Assembly (NCBI GenBank): GCA_038087875.1
Contig: JAXLNO010001395.1
Span: 80,127-126,000, forward strand
Reading direction: 5' to 3'
DNA from: Malacoraja senta
Lineage: Eukaryota
Length of the DNA: 45,874 bases
Positions 36,583 to 45,874 of the stretch are shown here, piece by piece; the stretch's first letter is position 1, and each line of letters starts with the position of its first letter. Under the pieces are notes generated by a model. That model saw only the letters and a list, made by a program, of their open reading frames with translations, made no database searches and had not been told where the DNA came from. Made by a program: the position numbers and the translations under genes.

Positions 36583-39140
36583 TTCACAATAGGTAACTCC
36601 CATGTTTCTTAGTTATACTGTTTTTGTCAAGTGTTGCAGAGATTAAATTTGGAAGTTTAACTTCTTTACCCCATAATAACCTTGGCATAAATTCACCTTT
36701 TGCCTCAATTGCGATTAGATATCAAATGTTGTGTTCATCCATTATGACTTTCTTTCTCTCACTTATTATCTAATATTTTCTCTCCTTAACCCAGTAATTA
36801 AAAAAATAAGGTCCAAGTATTACATTTCATATTACCACCCTCCCCTTTGACCTTTCTGATGCCCTTGTTTGTTGATCAACTGAAAGAAAAGGGTTAATTA
36901 AACATTTTCAATAACCATTTTAATGCTGTCCCTTTCTCAGTGCTGACATCAGCATATTAACACAGTGAGCAGACAATAGACGGCCATGTCTGTTGGAGTA
37001 AAATATGCATTACAAATTGCATTATTTTTAGGATTTAAGCATGCTCCTCCTCTAATACATGTGCCCTGCATCCTGCTGTTTGAATGGCGAGCAGTCTTTG
37101 ATTGTCCGTAAGCAGCAATTATTTTTAGGAATATAATAATCTCCAGATTTGATTTTTAATTTCCAATCTAATTATGGTTTGAATGATCATTTATACCGAT
37201 TCAGTAAGATTGCTAGAAATTAAAAATTGCAGCCTTTCAATTGTTCCTATTTATTCTCTTAAAAGAATGAAGCAGTTTTTGTGAAATAAGTTAAACTATA
37301 TACATCAACTGCACTTCATTCTTGGGGAATAATGTGGTTGATCGTTTTCATGATACCTGCAGATCAAAAAGTTTTTTCTCTTTTAGTGGTGATGTTTATT
37401 TAATTATTGATTTGAGTGTTCAAGCTGGGTGAATTATGACACCTGGAGGGTATTTTATAATCTTTATGCAGAGCATCTTTGATTTTGCTTCTTATTGTAA
37501 AAGGATAGAGCAGTTTTGATCCAAAGTCCCTGACTTCATGCATGTTGATAAAGTCAATCAATTATGGTGATGAGATATGAGCATAAATCATATTGCTTTG
37601 GGAAAGGGATGATTAAGATTGTCATTCATAATCAACTAATGCCTAGATTCCAAAGTTAAGTAATATGAGGACATGAGATTATATTTTCTAATATTTAAAA
37701 TGTATACAAATTTGTCCTTGCCAGGGTGCTGCATGATTTCTTGAAACTACTAGACACTTACTTCGAATGCAGATTTTAATTATCAGAGGTCTTCCAGGAA
37801 ATCTAAGCTTGGTAATGAACATATGTTTACTATATTTTCATAGAAATGTGTTTTTAAACACATTTTGATGTGGTTTATCATGTTCATCTTTTTAACTTAG
37901 AGGCAACAATAGCACCATGCGTCTTATTCAACCAATAAAATTAATTACACTTTCCAAATGCTATAGCTTTCATTGCTTTCACCCTATTAATTTGTGGTAT
38001 TCCCTATTCAGCATTAGGTTTTCAGAGGACTGTCATGGTTTTATTTTGCTCATATGTGAGAAAGTGTCTGGTATTGTCCACAGCCTTTTACCAGATTGTT
38101 GGGAGTGGGGGTGGGGATGGTGGTGTGGTATGAATTGTAAAATTAAATTTGCTTGACCTTAGAAATTTCAATGCATGGAACATTACTGCAGTTTTTCCAT
38201 AATGACAGCATACAAGCAATTACCCCTCCCCCACTGTGTCTCATTGGTTAATTCAAACCCGCAGCATCCCATTATGAGTGATTTTCTTTGATCTAATGCA
38301 GATAATGCTGCAATATTTAAAAATAATTTTCTGTTCTTTTAATAGGCAGTTTTAAAAGATTTTAAATTAAAATTTATCATCACACTCACAATTGCATTTA
38401 TACATCACATTTATTATTAAATCATCAAGTGAATGCCTAACAGTTGAATTGTTAGTTCATGTTGGATTCCTTACCTGTTTTGTAGACTTTGCCGAAGCAT
38501 TTCTGGAATCTATTTCATAGATTCTTCAGCTTTATTGCAGTTTTTTTCAAAATATATCTGTATTGTATATATTGATTTATGTAGCCAGTGTTATGTTATA
38601 TTGTCACGGTGATCCTATTTCCAGACTTTGTTGTTTTATTACATGCATGTTTGACATGTTTTCTATGTAACTGTGAGACAAAATGTATGAAAACATATTG
38701 CATTTCATGAAAGAAACAAAGGTACATTTATACAGCATCATTCATACTCGCAGCTCAACAAAAATATTGTGTAGTTTAATATGTACTAAATGTAACAGCA
38801 TCAAATATAGTAATAGAAAAATGCAATACAATCCCAAGTTTTGTAAAGCTTTGGGTTGGTTGTACACAGGGCAAGACTAATGTTAGGAAATATGTCAGTA
38901 ATTTTCCTTTAGATTGGCGTCTTTGTCACAATAATGTGAATTTGCACTTTCCCACACCAGTAATCTTTGCCATTTAAGTGTACTTGTCAGGTTGCTGCCA
39001 AACCATGCACATATTCTTGCTGCATATGCAGCAGGGAAATAATTTATTTCATTTTAAAAATTGTTTTCACAAATGGATCTTTATAATTAACTGTACGAGA
39101 GACATTGTGTACCTTATACAACATAAAAAAGACTATAAAT

Positions 39141-39423
39141 CAGGGGTCGGCAACCTTGTTCTGCATAGGGGCCAGGACCCATGTCTGTGAGCGGATGGCG
39201 GGCCACATCTATCGCCGTATTGTGACACTTGGTGTTGTTTTTTGCATTAGTTTTCACGTGTTTTTCAATTAGGTTTCTGCAGTTCCCATGTCCCTTGCGT
39301 GCCCAGAGACTGGCTGCTGTTCCTAGGCCGCGAAAACGAATTGAAAAACAATACGCCTGCGGGCTAGATGATTTCGAGTTACGGGCCGCATCCGGCCCGT
39401 GGGACGTAGGTTGCCCACCCCTG
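39141..39423. mobile_element. hAT (Charlie-like) MITE, 283 bp
   Basis: TIR caggggtcggcaacct / aggttgcccacccctg; perfect 8-bp TSD ctataaat (39133-39140, 39424-39431). Confidence 0.93.
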
Positions 39424-40112
39424 CTATAAATGGAAGCTTCTAATTACTGTGCATTTGACAAATAAAAGGCAATGGAGAAAAAAAGCCTCAGAAAAGAGGC
39501 TGTGTACTACTGCTTTCTTAATTCTCTGTAGTTCCTGACCTGAACAATTGTGATGTTTTTCAGACAGCAGATATGATGGAAGCAGAATCCAGATAGCCTA
39601 TTACTTTACTGATTCGGACATATATTGTTGTTTGATGTTCACAATGTTGTTTTTTTACGTTGCAGAAGTCAAATTCAGGTTGATTTGCAGAACACCTGTG
39701 TAGAATCCACGGGAGCATCCTGCTACCAACTCTCAGTCCCTTTCTCTCTCTGCCCTAACTAATTGTGGGCTCCTGCCTGCTATAATAGGTCAATATAGGC
39801 TGGAAGAACAGGATCTTGCCTTTAATCTGAGCATGCTATAGCCTTCCAAACTTGATTTCAAAATCTCATTGTCATTAGGTAACTCGCTTTAAGTGTTTGT
39901 ATCGGAATGAGCCATGTCTACTATTTGTATTATTGGTTGAGCTGTTCTTTCTTCAAAGTACAGCTTTGATTACACATCTGTTGTGCTGCTGCAAGTAAGA
40001 ATTTCATTGTTCCGTTTCGGAACATATGGTAATAAAACATTCTTGACTTTCTCGACTTACCTGCTGGGCATGTCCTGCAGCCTTGCATTTAATAACTCTT
40101 GCATTCCTTTGG

Positions 40113-40178
40113 AGGACACAAAGTGCGAGAGTAATCCCAGTAGGTCAGGCAGCATCTCTGGAGAACATGGATAGGTGA
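40113..40178 (-). mobile_element. Penelope terminal fragment
   Basis: gacacaaagtgc...ggtcaggcagcatctctggagaacatggataggtga, similar to 16776-16835 and 17668-17731. Confidence 0.6.
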
Positions 40179-40338
40179 GCTTCTCCCCTCTGTTTAGCTC
40201 TTCCTGTGCGCCTGCAAAAGAGAAGTGTGAAAAAATGCATCATGACTGTTGTGGTTGAATTGCTGGCCAGGTATTTGCTGCAAGATGTGGATGCGAGAGT
40301 TACTGCACTTGAGTGCATGAGGATAAGGTGAAGGATAG

Positions 40339-40632
40339 TAGTAAGATTAAATGAGAACTTACCAGTTTGAAGTTTGATCTTTATTTTATGAGGAGTAACG
40401 TTGAGGGATTACGTGAAGAAGACCCCGTCCAGCCACACACGCGTCAATCTTTCAAAGCAGCGGAGTGACAATCACAGACGATAATTACTGAAGTATGATA
40501 GTAAGATGCATAAAGACTTAGAACTACCAGCTTGATCCTTTTATGAGGGTGGGAGCGGAGGGCACGTAATCCCTCAACATTACTCCTCATAAAATAAAGA
40601 TCAAACTGGTAAGTTCTCGTTTAATCTTACTA
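40339..40632. repeat. DIRS terminal / internal complementary region (about 70-bp inverted repeat)
   Basis: tagtaagattaaatgagaacttaccagtttga...gagggattacgtg versus its reverse complement at 40563-40632. Confidence 0.9.
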
Positions 40633-40835
40633 TTTTACTTCGGAGTCACGTGAGTGACTACGTGAAGATTTCAAAGCTCTATGATTTCACACCGTGGATT
40701 CAAATCCAGGTGTTCAATGCATCGATTGACTCTATTTGAGTAAGCACAATCAACAATGCATAACCACAACATTTGAATGTAATCAGTTAATGGTTTTATT
40801 TATTTTAATAAAAGTAACAAAATTAAGCCCATTTA

Positions 40836-41826
40836 TTATAATGGGGGGTTTAATACTGTATCCAGCACGGCATCACCAAACCCTCTGAGATATTTAATCT
40901 CCTTATGGTAATACTTGTGAAACATCTGTTCACTTGCCCATCCTGCGGCCGCGAGAATAAGGTCTATTGTCTGAATCCCTGGCCGCTGATGTTGATGCCG
41001 CCCTGGTGGAAAGAGATTTAAATTTATCAGTATCAATACCTGAATATCTCAACACCTGTTTCAACCATCGTGAAATTGTTTGTGTTGACACTTTCTTATG
41101 AGGCTTTTTATGACTAATAAAAAATGCCAATTCGGTGCCTCTTAAAACTTTTGTTGTTTCTATGTAACATTTCACATAGGTTACTACACACAGTCGTGGA
41201 TCTGTAGGATATGCTAAAAATTCCAACTTGCATCCTGTGAACCTAGGTCTACTTTGCTTCAGTAAATCATAGACATAGAATGTCACGGCATTTGGCCCTA
41301 CTTTCATTCTATCAATTCTGAGTTTCTGTAATGTTTGAACTCTCTGAGCTGAAACTAATGCCATGAGCATAACCAATTTCATGGTGATTTGGGATAATGA
41401 CAGAGTTTCAACTGGATTCCAATTCCTCAGCAACATCAGTACATCTTTTACATTCCAAATTTCTGTATACCTAGGTCTGGGAGGATTAGAGTTGAAAATT
41501 CCTTTCATAAACCTACAGACCCAAGGATGTGCTCCTATTGGAGTTTGTTCTGATTCACTGCTTAAATATGCAGAGAGTGCATTTCGTGCAGTATTAATTG
41601 CACTATAATTTTATTTTAATTCATAGTCTAGAGTAGAAAGGAACTCTATTACATCTGAAATTTCTGCTGGGTTATATGCAATATGTTTCCCTGAACAAAA
41701 CTCCTCCCATTTCTTTATATAGGAGATGTACTGGTTCTGGGTACTATTCCTCCAGGCTGTTGTTATAACATCCACCGTACGGCCTGATAATCCTTTTCCA
41801 AGATATGGCCTTCTTAGAATCTGCAA
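40836..41826 (-). pseudogene. DIRS tyrosine recombinase (frameshifted)
   Basis: AWRNSTQNQY, SAQRVQTL, LSTRAAS (HSTR decayed), AAGWASEQMFHKYY. Confidence 0.92.
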
Positions 41827-41829
41827 ATC

Positions 41830-42543
41830 AACAAACCAATATGATCATGTAAAGGATGTGGTTCATCAGTCACAGGGTGTACAAGCAGTTTAATCTGCTT
41901 TGGAATAACCATAAGGGTTTTTTAAATTATTTTTAACACCAGTGGGTACCATAGCTGTTTAGGCCAATCTGGTACTACCAAAATCCCTGAGGCTGAATCT
42001 TGTTTAATTTTCTGTATGCATCTGTGGATTAAACAAAATGGCGGAAACGCATACAGAAACATACCAGCCCAATGTAGCGAGAAAGCATCCACCGCTACTG
42101 CTCCAGGATCAGGTTCCCATTACACATACTTAGGCAAACTGGTGGTTCAATCTTGATGCAAACAGATCAATTTGTCTGTAATTGTATTAAATTTACCTGG
42201 TAAATATATTGCTGACAGCCAAATTTTCCTGGCAATACACCAGGTCCAAATTTCATTCGCTAATTTATCACATGATTCTGATTTTATACCACCCATGTGA
42301 TTTATGTATGCTACAGCTGTAGTATTGTCAACCTGTACCTGAACATGCACATTTCCCATATCAGTGCAATAAGCTCTAAGGCCGTAAAATGCGCCTAATA
42401 GCTCTAGATAATTGATTCCCAGATTTTCCAGCAAAGGTACTTCATTCACATTCCACCTACCTCCACAGCTGGAAATCATGTTAGTAGCGCCGCAACCCAG
42501 CGCACTTACATCAGTCTGTAGAGTGACGGAAGGTGTTTCTGTT
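41830..42543 (-). pseudogene. DIRS pol C-terminus: RNase H and DNA adenine-methyltransferase-like domain
   Basis: QTDVSALGCGA, INYLELL, DNTTAVAYINHMGG; then DAFSLHW...YAFPPFCLI...LVVPDWPKQLWYP. Confidence 0.9.
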
Positions 42544-42751
42544 GTTTTTTTTGAAAATATTTTTTATTGGAGATAAGTACACAACCTATTAACGTCATTA
42601 CCAGTCTTACATTTTTGAATTGATAATATTGTCAATTATTATTACATTGTCTCCAATACCTTTTGCCTTTTTTGTTTTTTTAAACTAGATAGAACTAAAA
42701 AGATAGATGAAGTAAAGAAAGAAAAGAGAGAGAAGAAAAGAGAGAGAAAGG

Positions 42752-42785
<34 letters not shown>

Positions 42786-45700
42786 AAAAGATAGTTAAAG
42801 AAGAATAGAAAAATGTATTAAAATAAAAAACTTCATTCGAGATATATTCGTACATTTCAGAGTATAGCATTTCATCCATTCTTTAGCCCGAGTGTTAGTC
42901 AGGTTCCTGTGCTGAACCATTCTGACCCTTTAAATAATCAATAAAGGGAGACCATGTTCCAACGAATAATTCCTGTTTGTCCAACAGGGAAAATCTGATT
43001 CTTTCCACGTTTAAGGTCTCCGTCATTTCTATAATCCACATTTTGATTGTGGGGGTTATAGGGCCTTTCCAAAATTTTAGAATTAATTTTTTTCCCGTTA
43101 TTATACTATAATCAATAAAGTTTCTTTGTGTTGTTGTAAATGTTTGATTTAATTCTAATGTTCCGAGTATTATTAATTTTGGATCCGGGTCCAATTGTGT
43201 GCTGGTCACTTTAGATATTATACTGAAAATATTTACCCAGAATTTTTTTATTTTTATACAGTTTGCAAACATATGAGATAAGTTAGCTAAATGTTGACAT
43301 TTATCACATATAGGTGAGATATGTTGAAAGATTTTATGTAATTTTGTTTTTGAATAATGTAACCTATGTATTACTTTAAATTGTATTAAAGAATGTCTGG
43401 CATTTAATGAACATTGATGTATGTGTTGTAAACTTTCTTCCCAAGTATCTTTCGTTATTATTTGATTTAATTCTTTTTCCCATGTTTGTCTGTGTAAGTC
43501 CGTCGATGGAATGTCACTGTCCAATTAAATATTATATATATAAGATATTAATTTTTCTGTATTAGGATGTTTATTCCAACATTCGTCAAGAATTTCTGAA
43601 TTTCTAATTCGAAAATTTTGAGTATTCGATTTTACATAATCTCTGAGTTGAAGATATCTGAAAAAATCATTTCCTCGAAGTCCATAAGTCTGTTGCAACT
43701 CCTGAAATGTCAGAAAAGTGCCTTCCTTGTAAAGTTGTCCCATATTTTTAATTCCATAATTCTTCCATTGTGTAAAACCCCTGTCCAACCATGAGGGTTT
43801 AAACAAAGGGTTATTCACAATTGGAAGAAAAAGTGATAAATTATCTAATTTTAATGTCTTTTTTAATTGTTTCCAAATTCGTATAGCACTAAATATTATA
43901 GGGTTTTCCCTATAATTTTTTTTGTTTAATTTAGACGTAGCAAATAATATCGAGCCGATATCAAAAGGTAAACAATCTTCCTTTTCCATTTTTAACCAAT
44001 CTGGTTGTTGATCTATTTCTTCCAACCAGAAATTCATATTTTTAATATTAACTGCCCAAAAATAAAACAGAAAGTTTGGTAAAACCAAGCCTCCATTTAT
44101 TTTTGATTTACACAAATGTCTTTTGTTTATCCTATGATTCTTATAATCCCAGATAAAATCATTAACAATGGAATCCAATTTTTTAAAAAAGTTTTTTGAC
44201 AAATATATCGGAATTGTCTGAAAAAGGTATAATATTTGCGGTAAAAAAATCATTTTTATGGCATTAATTTTGCCTACCATTGAGATAGGAAGTGTTTTCC
44301 AATATTGAATATTCTTATGTAGTTTGTTCAGTAATGGGGGAAAATTTGCTTTAAATAATGATGTATATATCTTAGTGAAGTAAATGTCAAGGTATTTGAA
44401 TTTTTCGTTTACTATTTTAAATGGAAATTGTTGTATTATCTGTTTGTTGTGTTCCCTTATTGGCATAATTTCACTTTTATTCCAATTTATTCTGTATCCT
44501 GAGAGTGAACCAAATTCGGTTATTAGCTTTAATAAGTTTGGAATACTAATTTCTGGTTTTGTAATGTAAATTAGTACATCATCTGCGTATAGAGAAATGT
44601 TATTCACTGTATCCTTTGTGTTATACCCATGTATTTCCGGATGACCCCTAACTCTTTCTGCGAGTGGCTCAATAGCAAGCGCAAATAATAATGGAGATAA
44701 CGGGCATCCTTGTCTACAACCTCTAGATAGGCTGAATTTAGATGACAACCTTTGGTTTGTTAATATTCTAGCCGTAGGGTTTGTATATAACAGTTTTATC
44801 CATGTGCAGAATTTCTCCCCTAGCTGCATATTTTCCATCACCGAAAATAAATAGGACCATTCAACCTGATCAAAAGCTTTTTCAGCGTCAAGTGAGATTA
44901 TTGCTAGATCTTCATTAATAATTCTCTTAGAATAAATAATATTAAATAATCTTCTTAGATTATAATATGAGTACCGTTTCTGAATAAAGCCTGTTTGGTC
45001 AGGGTGTATTAATTTATTCATCACTGTACTTAATCTCTGCGCTAGTATTTTAGTTAATATTTTCTGATCTGTATTTAAAAGTGCAATTGCTCCATATGAT
45101 CCCGGATCTTCCGGATCTTTATCAACTTTAGGAATAAGTGTTATTATAGATTCATTTAAAGTATCTGGAAGTTTCTGTTGAATATAGATATGCTCATACA
45201 GCCTTTGTAAACGTGGGGAGAGCAAGTCATAATTTTTTTTATAGAATTCAGAGCCTAAACCATCTGGTCCTACTGCTTTACCATTTTTTAATAGACTCCT
45301 CAATATCCTTTATCGTAATCTCCCTTTCTAATAATTCTCTATCGTTTGAATCTAAACCTTTTAAATTACATTTTAGTAAAAAATCTGCTATTCCTTCTGG
45401 TTGTACTATAGTTTTAGTTGAATAAAGATTATGATAGTATTGGAGAAATCTTTCGTTTATATCCTTGGGCATTTTTAATAATTCTCCTGTCTCTGTTCTA
45501 ATTTTATGAATTATTTTTTCCCCTTCCATTTTTCGTAACTGACGTGCTAATAGTTTTTGTGGTTTGTCTCCAAACTCGAAATGTAATTGTTTGGTTTTTT
45601 GATAAAGTTTTATTACTTGTTCTGAATACATTTTGTTTAATTTATATTTCAATACAGCAATTTTATTATGTTTTAAGATAGATGGCATTCTCGCATTTTC

Positions 45701-45874
45701 TATATCTAGTTGCTTGATTTCCCTTTCCAATGTTTGTTGTTTAATCCTGTTCTCTTTATTATAAAATACTTGAGCAGAAATTAATGCACCTCGAACAAAC
45801 GCTTTAAACGTTTCCCACATAAGAGAAGTAGGTGTGTCAGGGTTGTCATTTACCTCAAAAAATATTTGAATCTG
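42544..45874 (-). mobile_element. L1-clade LINE inserted into DIRS; continues beyond the window
   Basis: aataaa and an A-rich tail at 42545-42568 (minus); 3' UTR with a long U run (A run 42752-42783 on plus); ORF2. Confidence 0.93.
42895..45874 (-). pseudogene. L1 ORF2 (linker, RT, C-terminal Cys-rich domain); frameshift near 45290, in-frame stop at 43525
   Basis: WETFKAFVRG, GPDG, SLDAEKAFD, RQGCPLSPLLF, YADD, CDKC...LSHMFANC. Confidence 0.93.

Larger units (their letters stand above)
40337..42543 (-). mobile_element. DIRS1-like tyrosine-recombinase retrotransposon, 3' part (RNase H, MT-like domain, YR, terminal repeats)
   Basis: Coding motifs listed in the two pseudogene entries, plus the terminal inverted repeat 40339-40415/40563-40632. 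Confidence 0.93.

Noticed and set aside
40836-42543. Phage-like integrase plus methylase as prokaryotic contamination or horizontal transfer
   Set aside because: Domain order RNase H-MT-YR and the terminal repeats are standard DIRS1; flanked by vertebrate TEs

Overview
Repeat-dense, apparently non-coding vertebrate DNA with two assembly gaps. It is most likely from a cartilaginous fish (skate/ray), inferred from HE1-type V-SINEs and CR1/HER1-type LINEs. No host protein-coding exon could be identified with confidence. The window is a stack of nested, decayed mobile elements: (1) a complete but dead BEL/Pao LTR retrotransposon (3011-10877; both LTRs, 5-bp TSD, gag-PR-RT-RNaseH, integrase core deleted); (2) a 5'-truncated CR1 LINE (17810-20386); (3) several Penelope-like (GIY-YIG) elements and many short Penelope terminal pieces carrying hammerhead-ribozyme-like cores; (4) a DIRS tyrosine-recombinase element (40337-42543, minus) interrupted by an L1 LINE that runs off the window end; (5) Rex1/Babar and L2 relics, HE1 SINEs, four TIR/TSD-delimited non-autonomous DNA transposons, and a probable Helitron-type element with minisatellites. 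The most notable observations are about 90-120 bp hammerhead-bearing Penelope mini-insertions with 10-16 bp TSDs, one Penelope inserted inside the hammerhead of another, a gag fragment copied into only one LTR of the BEL element, a two-copy non-coding hairpin-rich retroposon family, and a candidate 16-nt micro-exon or ATG-ending exon in TE-free sequence. I do not see a convincing novel multi-gene system. All family assignments come from motif recognition by eye, not from database searches.
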